Positions 11,403-23,892 of a DNA stretch of 64,000 bases are shown here, piece after piece. The stretch is taken from positions 2,304,001-2,368,000 of the forward strand of contig CBDCSU010000006.1 in assembly GCA_965221775.1 (NCBI GenBank), written 5' to 3'. The notes under the pieces are model-generated. The model did not search any database and was not told the DNA's origin. It was given only the letters and a program-made list of their open reading frames with translations. This stretch comes from Candidatus Latescibacterota bacterium (GTDB taxonomy: Bacteria > Latescibacterota > UBA2968 > UBA8231). The position numbers were made by a program, and so were the translations under genes. Position 1 is the first letter of the stretch; each line of letters opens with the position of its first letter.

Positions 11403-13759
11403 AGGGCCCTCACCTTGGCCAGTTCGGTCTGCATGTCCACGAGCCGCCGGTAGACGCCCTCCTCGCGGGCGAGCAGGTCGGCGTGGGTGCCCTCCTCGAC
11501 GATGCGGCCCTTGTCGAGGACGAGGAGACGGTCGGCGTTCTTGAGGGTTGACAGGCGGTGGGCGATGGCAAAGGTGGTGCGATTGGCGATCAGTCGTTCC
11601 AAAGCCTCCTGGATCTCGTATTCGGTCTGGGTGTCCACCGAGCTGGTGGCCTCGTCGAGGATCAGGATCCGGGGGTTGCCGATGAGGGCGCGTGCGATGG
11701 AGATGCGCTGGCGCTCGCCGCCTGAGAGGCGGCCCCCCCGCTCGCCCACCTCGGTGTCGTAGCCGTCGGGGAAGCGCATGATGAAGCCGTGGGCGTTGGC
11801 GGCCCGGGCGGCGGCGATGATCTCGGAGCGGCTGGCGTCGGGGCGGCCGTAGGCGATGTTCTGGCCGATCGATCCCTGGAAGAGCAGCGGCTCCTGAAGG
11901 ACGACGCCGATCTGGGCGCGCAGCTTCTTCTGCTGAAGACCGACGATGGGCTTGTCGTCGACGAGGATCTCGCCGTCGGTAGCTTCGTACATCCGCGAGA
12001 TCAGGTTGACGAGGGTTGACTTGCCGGCGCCCGAGTGGCCCACGAGGCCGATCATTTCCCCGGGCTCGACGGTGCAGCTCACCCGGTCGAGGATGCGGCC
12101 CACGCCATCGTAGGTGAAGGAGACGTCCCGGAACTCGACGCGTCCATCGATCACCCCCGGATCCCGGGCGCCGGGCTCGTCCATGACCTCGGGCTCGGTG
12201 TCGAGGATCTCGAAGACGCGCTCCGATGACGTGGCCGCTCTCTCAAGCTCGTTGGAGAGCCGGCTCAACTGCTGAACCGGAGCGTAGAACCTCATCATGT
12301 AGCCGATGAAGATCTGGAGCTCGCCCATGGTCATGGATCCCTCGAGCACCCGGTTGCCGCCGAACCACCACAGGATGACCGCGCCCGTGGCGGTGATGAA
12401 GGCGATGCTGGGCTGGAACCAGGCCTGCATCTTCACCGAGGCCATGCGCGCGGCGAGGAGCTCGCTGTTGCGCCGGCCGAAGGCGCGCATCTCGCGTTCC
12501 TCCTGGGCGAAGGCCTTCACCACCTTGACCCCCGGGATGGTGTCGGCCAGCTGCCCGTTCAACTCGGCGACGCGGCGCCAGATCGAGTGGAAGACCCAGT
12601 GGATCCGTTTTCGGTAAACCTGCGTGACCAGGAGCATGACCGGCGTCGGCAACAGCACCAGCAGGGCGAGGGTCCAGTCCTTCAGGAGCAGGATGACGCC
12701 GATGCCGACGAGCGTCAGCAGGGCCACCAGCAGGTCCTGGAAGCCGGTGGTGATGAAGTCCCGCATGCGCTCCGTGTCATGGGTGACGCGGGTCATGATG
12801 CGGCCGGTGCTGTGACGGGAGTAGAAGGAGAGGGAGAGGGCCTGCAGGTAGTTGAAGATCTGGATCTGCAGGTCGTAGGTGACGCGCTGACCCAGCCACC
12901 CGAGGGTCCAGGTGCGCGCCCCGTTGAGGATCATGGCACCGAAGTGGGCGCCCAGCAGGCCGAGAACGACCGCGGCGAGCAAAGCGACGCTCTGGGGCGG
13001 AGCAGCCCAGGGCTCGCCGGTCGGGTAGATCTCGGGCGGCGGGCCCTGGGGATTCTCGGCGGGCGACATCCCGGCAGGAGGAATCGGAACTCCCTCGGCA
13101 GTCAACTGCCCGCGCTCGATGAGGACCGGGGTGATGACCTCGTCGATGAGGTATCCGTTCAACAGCGGCGGCAGCAGGCTCACGAGGGTCATGGAGGCGG
13201 TCAGGAGGAAGCCGAGAATGGCTGTCTTCCTGTATGGCCTCACATAGGAGAACAGCCGCCAGAGGGTTTCCCGCTTGCGGATGCAGTGAGGGCAGACCTT
13301 CGAGCCCGGGCGCAGTGCCCGGCCGCAGCTCTCGCAGTGCTCGACCCTGCGCGGCGGGATCGCCTCTTGCGTCTGCTCGTCCCCGGCGGCTTCCACCGGC
13401 TCCGCCATGGCCGCCTCCACGGCCTGGGGCACGGCGGAGAACTTGAAGTAGTTGCCCTGGGAGAAGCGCACCAGCTCGTGGGTGCCGTCGGGCATCTCCA
13501 GCATCAGGGAGCCGCTGCCCACGTAGCTGCGGGTCTGGATGCGGCGCACCTGGTCCAGGGGCCAGCTCCGCACCTCGGGGGAGCCGCCGTTGGAGTGCAC
13601 CACGAGAAGGCGCTCGTCGGTCAGGGCGAGCCAGTTCTCGCCGTAGCGCCCGTCCAGATCGAGGTCGGCCGCCAGCAGTGCGAGCAGCAACTCGCCGGGT
13701 TGGAGCTCGCGGCGGAGGTGGGGATCGAGGACCGGCGAGATCGGCTCGAGGAGGTCCAT
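11399..13759 (-). CDS. ABC exporter (fused TMD+NBD) with N-terminal PH-like domain and Zn ribbon
   Basis: Walker A GHSGAGKS, signature LSGGERQR, Walker B ILILDEAT, AHRLST; N-terminal about 165 aa extension containing CESC...CPHC. Confidence 0.93.
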   Translation of the reverse strand: MDLLEPISPVLDPHLRRELQPGELLLALLAADLDLDGRYGENWLALTDERLLVVHSNGGSPEVRSWPLDQVRRIQTRSYVGSGSLMLEMPDGTHELVRFSQGNYFKFSAVPQAVEAAMAEPVEAAGDEQTQEAIPPRRVEHCESCGRALRPGSKVCPHCIRKRETLWRLFSYVRPYRKTAILGFLLTASMTLVSLLPPLLNGYLIDEVITPVLIERGQLTAEGVPIPPAGMSPAENPQGPPPEIYPTGEPWAAPPQSVALLAAVVLGLLGAHFGAMILNGARTWTLGWLGQRVTYDLQIQIFNYLQALSLSFYSRHSTGRIMTRVTHDTERMRDFITTGFQDLLVALLTLVGIGVILLLKDWTLALLVLLPTPVMLLVTQVYRKRIHWVFHSIWRRVAELNGQLADTIPGVKVVKAFAQEEREMRAFGRRNSELLAARMASVKMQAWFQPSIAFITATGAVILWWFGGNRVLEGSMTMGELQIFIGYMMRFYAPVQQLSRLSNELERAATSSERVFEILDTEPEVMDEPGARDPGVIDGRVEFRDVSFTYDGVGRILDRVSCTVEPGEMIGLVGHSGAGKSTLVNLISRMYEATDGEILVDDKPIVGLQQKKLRAQIGVVLQEPLLFQGSIGQNIAYGRPDASRSEIIAAARAANAHGFIMRFPDGYDTEVGERGGRLSGGERQRISIARALIGNPRILILDEATSSVDTQTEYEIQEALERLIANRTTFAIAHRLSTLKNADRLLVLDKGRIVEEGTHADLLAREEGVYRRLVDMQTELAKVRAL

Positions 13760-13999
13760 CGACTAGCTGATTCCGGGGCGGGTCGGGGCGGGCAAGGGAC
13801 GGCGGCGAGGGGCCGCAGCGGGGGGCATGGGTGGCCTGATTCTCGGCGGAGGCGGAGCATTCCGGGTTCCGCGGGCCCGCCTCGACTGAACGTAACACAA
13901 AGTAAAGCAAGCAGTTACGAATGGCAACAGGATGTCCTCCCGATTGTCGCGCCGGCTCGCCCCTCCGTAGATTCACGCACTACAGGAGGATTCACCGAG

Positions 14000-15034
14000 A
14001 TGACCACCACCTACACGCCGGAGGAGTTGCGCGAACGCCTCGACCGGCTTCCTCGCCTGCGCCTTGCGGCCCTGCCCACCCCCCTCGACGAGTTGCCTCG
14101 GCTGTCCGAGGCGGTGGGCGGGCCCCGCATCTGGATGAAGCGCGAGGACCTCACGGGCCTGGCCTTCGGCGGCAACAAGATCCGCGAGTTCGAGTATTCC
14201 ATCGCCCAGGCGGTGGAGGCCGGCTGCGATGTGCTCGTCCACGCCGCCGCGGCCCAGTCGAACCAGTCGCGCCAGACGGCGGCGGTGGCGGCCCGTCTCG
14301 GCCTGAAGGCGGTGCAGGTGGGCCGCGCCGACGCCCACTCACAGCCTCAGGGCAATCTGCTCCTGTCCCACCTCTTCGGCGCCGAGGTCCACCTGCCGCC
14401 GGTGGCCGAGCAGGGCGCCGCCCTGGAGGCGACGATGGCGCGGCTGCGGGCCGAGGGGCACAGGCCCTTCAACACCAGTTCCGACGGCGGCCTCTACCGG
14501 GGCATCGCCTATGTCGACGGATTTCTCGAGTTGTGGGACCAGTTGCAGGAGCGCGGTCTGCACCCGGACGCCGTGTACGTCTGCTCCGGGGCGCACACGC
14601 ACACCGGGATGGTGGTGGCGGCGCGCGCCCTCGGCCTCTCCCTGCGCTTCGTCGGGATCAGCCCCAGTCCCCGCGATGACGGCGAGGCGGCGCGGGGCAT
14701 GGCCCGCCTCGCCGCCGAGCACTGCCGTATCCTCGATCTCGACGTCGAGGTCACGGCGCGGGACATCGAGAGCTGGTCCGACTTCGTCGGCCCGGGGTAC
14801 GGCGTGGTCACCGAGGGCAGCCGCGAGGCCCTGCGGCTGACGGCGCGCACCGAGGGGCTCGTTCTCGACCCCTGCTACACGGGCAAGACCATGGCCGGCC
14901 TCATCGCCCACGTCCGGGCCGGCTGGTGGACGCCGGATCAGACCGTCGTCTTCGTGCACACCGGGGGGACGCCGGCCCTCTTCGCCTACGCTGGCGAGCT
15001 GGGCCTGGAGCTGGACGGAAGAGGGGCGCGATGA
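14000..15034 (+). CDS. PLP-dependent D-cysteine desulfhydrase/cysteate sulfo-lyase family enzyme
   Basis: AGGAGG RBS; WMKREDLTGLAFGGNKIR, QSN, LDPCYTGK, FVHTGG. Confidence 0.9.
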   Translation: MTTTYTPEELRERLDRLPRLRLAALPTPLDELPRLSEAVGGPRIWMKREDLTGLAFGGNKIREFEYSIAQAVEAGCDVLVHAAAAQSNQSRQTAAVAARLGLKAVQVGRADAHSQPQGNLLLSHLFGAEVHLPPVAEQGAALEATMARLRAEGHRPFNTSSDGGLYRGIAYVDGFLELWDQLQERGLHPDAVYVCSGAHTHTGMVVAARALGLSLRFVGISPSPRDDGEAARGMARLAAEHCRILDLDVEVTARDIESWSDFVGPGYGVVTEGSREALRLTARTEGLVLDPCYTGKTMAGLIAHVRAGWWTPDQTVVFVHTGGTPALFAYAGELGLELDGRGAR

Positions 15035-16512
15035 ACCAGACCGCGCCGCAGCCGCAACGTCTCGCCCGGCGCGCCGAGCTGGTGCGCCGCCTGGCGCGGC
15101 TCGTCGACGAGGGAGGGCTGATCCACCGCCCCGAGGACCTCGTGGCCTACGAGTGCGACGGCCTGTCCGCCTATCGACAGGCTCCGTTGGCGGTGGCCCT
15201 GCCGACCTCCGCCGGGCAGGTCTCCGGCCTGTTGCGCGCCTGCACCGAGCTCGACATCCCCGTCGTCCCCTGGGGTGCCGGCACCGGTCTCTCGGGCGGC
15301 GCCCTGCCCCTCGGCGACGGCGTCGTCCTGAGCACCGCCAGGATGAACCGCATCCTCGACATCGACGTGGAGGACCGCACCGTCACCGTCGAGCCTGGGG
15401 TTCCGAATCTCTCCGTCACCCACGCCGTGGCGCCCCACGGCTTCTACTACGCCCCCGACCCGTCGAGCCAGATCGCCTGCACCATCGGCGGCAACGTCGC
15501 CGAGAACGCCGGCGGCGTGCACTGCCTGAAGTACGGCACGACGACGAACAACCTCCTCGGCCTGCAGGTCGTGCTCTCCGACGGCGAGATCGTCGAGGTC
15601 GGCTCGGCCGCCATGGAGCGCTCCGGGTACGATGTCCTCGCCCTGCTCACCGGCTCCGAGGGGCTCCTCGGCGTGATCACGCGGGCGACCCTGCGCATCC
15701 TGCCGAAGCCGGAGTCGACGCGGGCCCTGATGGCCGTCTTCGACTCGGTGTCCGCCGCCGGCGCCGCCGTGGCCGCCATCATCGGGTCCGGCCTCGTCCC
15801 CGCCGGCATGGAGATCATGGACCGCCTGTCGATCGAGGCGGTGGAGGAGTTCCTCGGGTGCGGCTACCCCCTCGGCGTGGAGTCCCTGCTGCTGGTGGAG
15901 GTGGACGGCCCCGCCGCCGAGGTGGAGGAGCAGATCGACGCCGTGGAGCGGACCGTGCGCGCCGCCGGCTCCACCCAGGTGCGCCGCGCCGACTCGCCCG
16001 AGGAGCGGCAGCGGCTGTGGGCCGGCCGCAAGGCCGCCTTCCCGGCCATGGGGCGCATCAGCCCCGACTACTACTGCATGGACGGCACCATACCCCGCGG
16101 CCGGCTGCCCGAAGTGCTCGAGCGGATCGCCGTCCTGTCGAAGGCCTACGGTCTGCGCGTGGCCAACGTCTTCCACGCCGGCGACGGCAACCTGCATCCG
16201 CTGGTGCTCTACGACAGCAGCGCCGGCGAGCTGGAGCCGGCCGAGGAGCTCGGCGGCGAGATCCTGAAGCTGTGCGTCGAGGTGGGCGGGGTGCTCTCCG
16301 GTGAGCACGGCATCGGGGTGGAGAAGCGCGACCTCATGCCCTGCCAGCTGTCCGACGACGACCTCGACCTGCAGGAGGAGCTGAAGGCCGCCTTCGATCC
16401 GGCGGGTGTGCTCAACCCGGGCAAGGTCTACCCCAGCCTGCGCACTTGCGCCGAAGGCCGCATGCACGTGCCGGGGGGGCGACTGCCTTTTCCCGAGCTC
16501 GAGCGCTTCTGA
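15031..16512 (+). CDS. glcD: Glycolate oxidase FAD subunit GlcD
   Basis: YECDGL, GAGTGLSGG, APDPSSQIACTIGGNVAENAGG, HAGDGNLHP, GEHGIG, LNPGK. Confidence 0.93.
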   Translation: MNQTAPQPQRLARRAELVRRLARLVDEGGLIHRPEDLVAYECDGLSAYRQAPLAVALPTSAGQVSGLLRACTELDIPVVPWGAGTGLSGGALPLGDGVVLSTARMNRILDIDVEDRTVTVEPGVPNLSVTHAVAPHGFYYAPDPSSQIACTIGGNVAENAGGVHCLKYGTTTNNLLGLQVVLSDGEIVEVGSAAMERSGYDVLALLTGSEGLLGVITRATLRILPKPESTRALMAVFDSVSAAGAAVAAIIGSGLVPAGMEIMDRLSIEAVEEFLGCGYPLGVESLLLVEVDGPAAEVEEQIDAVERTVRAAGSTQVRRADSPEERQRLWAGRKAAFPAMGRISPDYYCMDGTIPRGRLPEVLERIAVLSKAYGLRVANVFHAGDGNLHPLVLYDSSAGELEPAEELGGEILKLCVEVGGVLSGEHGIGVEKRDLMPCQLSDDDLDLQEELKAAFDPAGVLNPGKVYPSLRTCAEGRMHVPGGRLPFPELERF

Positions 16513-16542
16513 GGGACCGCGGGTCCCGCTGGTTCCCAGTCC

Positions 16543-17703
16543 GTGGCTTCCGCCCCATCTCCCGAGCAGGTCGTGACACCCTCCGACGCCTCCGAGGTGG
16601 AGGAACTGGTACGCGACGCGGCCGACTCCGGCCGCCGTCTCGAGCTGGGCGCCGGAGGCACGAAGGCCGGCCTCGGCCGGGCCCTGTCCGAAGAGGCCGC
16701 ACGGGTCGACCTGTCGCGGTTGACGGGTGTGGTCACCTACGAGCCGGAGGAGCTGATCCTGGTGGTGCGGCCGGGCACCCGGCTGCGGGAGGTGGAGGAG
16801 TTGCTCGCCGGGCGGGGCCAGCAGCTGGCCTTCGAGCCGCCGCACTGGGGGGAGGCGGCCACCGCGGGCGGCACGCTGAGCTGCGGCTGGGCGGGCCCGC
16901 GCCGGTTCCGGGCGGGATCGGTGCGGGACTTCGTCCTCGGCGTGGAACTCGTGGACGGCCGCGGCCGGCGGCTGAGGGCCGGTGGCCGGGTGGTGAAGAA
17001 CGTGACCGGCTACGACCTGTGGCGGGCCATGGTGGGCGCCTTCGGAACCTTGGGGGTGCTCACCGAAGTGTGCCTCAAGCTCTGGCCGCGGCCGGCTGCG
17101 GAGCGCTCGCTGCGAGTGGGGGGGCTGGCACCGCCCGCCGCCGCCGCGTGCCTGCTCGAGTGGTCGCGCCGACCCGAGGAGATCAGCGGCCTCGCCGTCG
17201 ACGCCGAGGGCCGCTTGCTCGCCCGCGTCGAGGGCTCGGAGCGGGGGGTGACGCGGCAGATCGAGCAGCTGGCCCCCGAGGCGCCCGGGGCGGTGGAGGT
17301 CCTGGCCGCCGCCGAATCGGCGCGGCTGTGGTCGGGTCTGCGGGAAGCGGAGCCCTACCGGGCGGCTCCCGGCGAGGCCCTGTGGCGCATCGCGGTGCCG
17401 CCCTCGAAGGCTCCGGCAGCGGTCTCGGCGATGGCCGCCTTCGGTCTGCGGCGCAGCGGTCTCGACTGGGGCGGAGGGCTGTTGTGGGCGGTCTTGCCGG
17501 CCGATGCCGACGCCGCCGGCGTGCACGAGGCCGTGGCCCGGCTGGAGGGCGCCGGTTCCCGTCTGGCCACCGGTCCCGGCGACGCCAACCCACGGGCCTT
17601 CACCCCCCTGAGCCCGGGTCTGGCCCGCATGAACGGAATGCTCAAGAGCACTCTCGATCCGCGGGGCCTGTTCAACCCCGGACGGATGTATTCCGGCCGC
17701 TAG
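16543..17703 (+). CDS. glcE: Glycolate oxidase FAD-binding subunit GlcE
   Basis: YEPEEL, LAFEPP, GPRR, GGRVVKNVTGYDL, DPRGLFNPGRM. Confidence 0.9.
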   Translation: MASAPSPEQVVTPSDASEVEELVRDAADSGRRLELGAGGTKAGLGRALSEEAARVDLSRLTGVVTYEPEELILVVRPGTRLREVEELLAGRGQQLAFEPPHWGEAATAGGTLSCGWAGPRRFRAGSVRDFVLGVELVDGRGRRLRAGGRVVKNVTGYDLWRAMVGAFGTLGVLTEVCLKLWPRPAAERSLRVGGLAPPAAAACLLEWSRRPEEISGLAVDAEGRLLARVEGSERGVTRQIEQLAPEAPGAVEVLAAAESARLWSGLREAEPYRAAPGEALWRIAVPPSKAPAAVSAMAAFGLRRSGLDWGGGLLWAVLPADADAAGVHEAVARLEGAGSRLATGPGDANPRAFTPLSPGLARMNGMLKSTLDPRGLFNPGRMYSGR

Positions 17704-17745
17704 AAACCGGCGCCGGGCGACCGTCCTCGGCCCTCCGGAGGTCCG

Positions 17746-17774
17746 TTGACAGTGCATCCATGCTTCGTTAAGCT
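17746..17774 (+). promoter_or_regulatory. sigma70 promoter for the polyprenyl synthase-apbE-secDF...rluD run
   Basis: TTGACA-17 nt-TAAGCT. Confidence 0.65.
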
Positions 17775-17795
17775 ACATGTTTTCCCGAAGGTTAC

Positions 17796-18851
17796 GTGAA
17801 TCTCACCGATTGCCTCCCCTCCTCCCGCCGACCAACGCCGCCGCGTGAGCGCGACGCCCCCCCGATGACCTCCTCTGGTTCGCTGGGCCAGATGCTCGGG
17901 CCCATACAGAAGGAGATCGACCACTTCGAGCGGCGCCTGGACGAGATGCTCCAGGCCGATGTCGACATGGTCCACGAGGTGGCCCGTTACATGGCCGCTC
18001 TCAAGGGGAAGCGTCTGCGCCCCGCTCTCACCGTGCTGTGCACCCGCGCCACGGGGCGCTGGGACGACCGTGTCATCGACGCCGGCGTCGGGGTGGAGAT
18101 GATCCACGCTGCCACGGTGATCCACGACGATGTCGTGGACGGGGCCGGCATGCGGCGGGGCCAGGCGACGGTCAACAGCAAGTGGAACGACCATGTCGCC
18201 GTGCTCATGGGCGACTTCCTCCTCGCCCGGGCCCTCTGCCTGCTGGTCAGCCTGGGCGATCTCCAGGTCATGGCGGCGGTCTCCGGGGCCACCGAGCGGC
18301 TGAGCAAGGGCGAGATCTTCGAGTTCCAGATCGGGCTGCAGGCCGACACGAGCGAGGCCTCCTATTTCGCCATGGTGAGCGACAAGACCGCTTCGCTGAT
18401 ATCGGCCGCCTGCCGCATCGGACCCGTGCTGGCCGGGGCTCCACCGGAGGTGGTCGAGAGCCTGACGAAGTACGGCGAATCCCTGGGGCTGGCCTTCCAG
18501 ATCGCCGACGACATCCTCGACTTCACCGGTGACGAGTCGACCTTGGGCAAGCCGGTCGGCCGCGACCTGCGGGAGCGCAAGATCACCCTGCCCCTGATCA
18601 AGTCGCTGGCGGCGGCTCCCGAGGCAGAACGGTCCGAGATCGTCCGCGTGTTGTCGGCTCCGGAGCCCCGGGAGGAGGACTGGAACCGCGTCTCCGACTT
18701 CGTCGAACGGCGCGGCGGGGTGGCCGCGGCCAGCGCCGCGGCGCGGGAGTGCGCCGACCGCGCCCAGGCGTGCCTGGAGGTTCTCGAGCCCTCCGCGGAG
18801 CGCACGATCCTGGAGACCACGGTGCGTCTGGTGGTCGAGCGGGACAGCTGA
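17796..18851 (+). CDS. Polyprenyl diphosphate synthase (IspB/HepT type); alternative start ATG 17865
   Basis: GKRLRP, first Asp-rich motif HDDVVD..RRG, KTASL, second motif FQIADDILD. Confidence 0.93.
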   Translation: MNLTDCLPSSRRPTPPRERDAPPMTSSGSLGQMLGPIQKEIDHFERRLDEMLQADVDMVHEVARYMAALKGKRLRPALTVLCTRATGRWDDRVIDAGVGVEMIHAATVIHDDVVDGAGMRRGQATVNSKWNDHVAVLMGDFLLARALCLLVSLGDLQVMAAVSGATERLSKGEIFEFQIGLQADTSEASYFAMVSDKTASLISAACRIGPVLAGAPPEVVESLTKYGESLGLAFQIADDILDFTGDESTLGKPVGRDLRERKITLPLIKSLAAAPEAERSEIVRVLSAPEPREEDWNRVSDFVERRGGVAAASAAARECADRAQACLEVLEPSAERTILETTVRLVVERDS

Positions 18852-18858
18852 CGGGGCC

Positions 18859-19869
18859 TTGAAGGCCAGGGTCGTGGCGGGGCTCGCGGGGCTGGCGGCG
18901 TTCCTCTGGCTGCTGCCGAGGCCCGGCCCGGCCGTTCCCGTCGAGGGCTACCACGTGGCCATGGGCACGGTGGTGCGCGTGGCGCTGTTCGCCGACGAGG
19001 CCCGGGCGCGGCCGTTGTTCGCCCAGGCCTGGGGGCTGATCGACCGGCTCGACTCAGCGCTTACGCACTACGGCGGCTCGAGCGAGATCGCACGGCTGCA
19101 CGGCATCGCCCCGGGGCAGCCGGAGGCGCTGTCGGAGGAGTTGCACCAGGTCCTGGCGCCCGCGCTCGAGTTGGCGCGGCGGACCGACGGCGCCTTCGAT
19201 CCGGCCCTGGGGGCCCTGACGGCGCTCTGGGGGTTTCCCGAGGCGCGTCGCCCTCCGGCGCCGGCCTCGATCGACTCGGCCCTGGCCCTGGGCGGCTACG
19301 AGCAGGTGCGCCTGAGCCAGGGCCGGGTGATCTTCGAGCGGGCCGGCGTGCGGCTCGATCTGGGGGCCGCGGCCAAAGGACACGTCGTCGACCGCACCGT
19401 GGACCTGCTGCGGGCGGCGGGGGTGGCGGCAGGCGTCGTCGAGGCCGGCGGCGACCTGCGGTTCTGGGGGCGGAAGCCCGACGGACGACCCTGGCGCTTC
19501 GGCGTGCAGCACCCCCGCGACCCGGCGGATACCGTCGCCGTGGAGGATGTGGGGCTGCCGGCCCTGGCCACGTCGGGCGATTACGAGCTGGCCTTCGAGA
19601 GCGAGGGCCGCCGGTACCACCACCTGCTCGACCCGGCCACCGGGTATCCGGCCGGGAGGGCGGTCAGCGCCACCGCCTGGGCGGGCACCGCCCTCGAGGC
19701 CGATGCCCTGGCCACGGCGGCCTTCGTGGCCGGTCCGGGTCCGGCCCTGGAATGGGCGGCGGCCGACGACGGCCTCGAGGTGATGGTATACTACGAGGAC
19801 GGAGGCCATCTGCATCGCGTCCACTCGGACGGGTTGAAGGGCCGCATAAAGGCCGCCCCGGCGCCGTGA
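18859..19869 (+). CDS. apbE: FAD:protein FMN transferase
   Basis: AMGT, DLGAAAKG, GGDL, ATSGDYE, HHLLDP.TG, ADALATA. Confidence 0.92.
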   Translation: MKARVVAGLAGLAAFLWLLPRPGPAVPVEGYHVAMGTVVRVALFADEARARPLFAQAWGLIDRLDSALTHYGGSSEIARLHGIAPGQPEALSEELHQVLAPALELARRTDGAFDPALGALTALWGFPEARRPPAPASIDSALALGGYEQVRLSQGRVIFERAGVRLDLGAAAKGHVVDRTVDLLRAAGVAAGVVEAGGDLRFWGRKPDGRPWRFGVQHPRDPADTVAVEDVGLPALATSGDYELAFESEGRRYHHLLDPATGYPAGRAVSATAWAGTALEADALATAAFVAGPGPALEWAAADDGLEVMVYYEDGGHLHRVHSDGLKGRIKAAPAP

Positions 19870-19912
19870 ACCTTTTCCCGACCCGCCCGGCGGGTCACCG
19901 CAAGCGAAGCCG

Positions 19913-22567
<2,655 letters not shown>

Positions 22568-22598
22568 GGCCGGGCCCGCCGGCAGGGTCGCCCCGCCC

Positions 22599-23819
22599 AT
22601 GCGCAGCTTCGGAGTCTGTGCCATCCTCCTGTCCTTGGCGGCGGTGGCCCCGCCGCCGGCGGGGCGCACGGGGTACGAGTCCCTGTGGGGATTCGGCGTC
22701 CTCCTGCTGCTGGCGGTCACCGCCCAGGGCGTCCTCGCCCGGGCCGGCCTGCCGGCGCTGACGGCGTGGATCCTCGGCGCCTACCTGCTCGGCCCCTCGG
22801 CCCTCGACGCCCTCGACGCCTCCCGCGAGCCCCTGCTGTCGCTGGCCGGCACCGGGGCCGGCGTATGGGCCGGGCTCCTGGTGGGGCTGGGGGCGCACTG
22901 GCCGTCGGAGCGCCGCAGCCGGTGGCTGCCCCTGGTCGTGGCCGGGTCGACGCTGGTCACCTTCGCGGCCCTCACGGCGGTCTTCGGGCTGGCGGGACGG
23001 CTCCCCTGGCCGGTGGCCCTCGTGCTGGCGGCGATCGCCTCCTTCTGGGGTCCCATGGTGGCCGACTTCCAGCGCGGCCGGGAGACCCAGGTCATCGCCC
23101 TCCTGGGCTCCGCCATCGCCGTGCTGCTGCTCGCCGCGGTGCTGCTGATGGAGGCCGGGTCCCGCTGGGTGGCCCCCGAGGCGCGGGAGTGGCTCGGGTT
23201 GATGGTGCTCTCCAGTGCCGGGGGAGCCGCGGCGGCCCAGGCCCTGCGGTGGACGGGTATCCTGGAGCGGCGGGACAGCTCCGTTCTCGCCCTGGGGGGG
23301 TTCACCCTCCTCGGCGCCTGCTGGGCCTTCCACGCCGGCCTGCCGTCGCTTCCCATCGGTCTCGGGGCCGGGCTCCTCCTGGGCGCCCGCGAAGGCCCGG
23401 GCGGCGACCTCGAGCGGCGCCTGGCGCCGGCGCGGCCGATCTCCATCCTCCTCTTTGCCGCTCTCCTCGTGGTCTCGACGGATGCTCTCTCCCTGGTGCC
23501 GCCGCGAGCCTCCTGGCCCTATCAGATCCTGCTCGCCCAGTTGGGGGTCCTCCTGGTGGCGCGCGTCGTCGGGCCGGCCCTGTGGTACCCCCTGCCCTCG
23601 AGCGGCGAGTTCTCCCGCGGGTCCGGATGGCTGCTGCTGCCGAGGGGCATCATCGCCGGGGATCTGGTCCTCGGCGGCGGCGGCGCCTTCGCCGCGTTCC
23701 TGTCGCCGGAGCACGGCGACCTCCTGAGGCGGGTGGTGCTGGCCGATCTGCTCCTCTGCGGCGTCATCCTGGCGGCCCTCGCCGCCCTTGGGCAACGGCG
23801 CGGCTCCGGCGACAGCTAG
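22599..23819 (+). CDS. Polytopic membrane protein, possibly cation:proton antiporter-like
   Basis: About 11 hydrophobic segments; late LLPRG motif resembles CPA2 transporters; in-operon position. Confidence 0.6.
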   Translation: MRSFGVCAILLSLAAVAPPPAGRTGYESLWGFGVLLLLAVTAQGVLARAGLPALTAWILGAYLLGPSALDALDASREPLLSLAGTGAGVWAGLLVGLGAHWPSERRSRWLPLVVAGSTLVTFAALTAVFGLAGRLPWPVALVLAAIASFWGPMVADFQRGRETQVIALLGSAIAVLLLAAVLLMEAGSRWVAPEAREWLGLMVLSSAGGAAAAQALRWTGILERRDSSVLALGGFTLLGACWAFHAGLPSLPIGLGAGLLLGAREGPGGDLERRLAPARPISILLFAALLVVSTDALSLVPPRASWPYQILLAQLGVLLVARVVGPALWYPLPSSGEFSRGSGWLLLPRGIIAGDLVLGGGGAFAAFLSPEHGDLLRRVVLADLLLCGVILAALAALGQRRGSGDS

Positions 23820-23892
23820 CCTCCGGCGGGCGTTCTTGTGCCTGTACCACGCGCCCAGTACCTTCCCGCATCCGTCTCGTGCACAAGCCGTC

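Noticed and set aside
14000-15034. ACC deaminase (acdS) call
   Set aside because: The diagnostic Glu and Leu residues are replaced by Thr (YTGK, HTGG).
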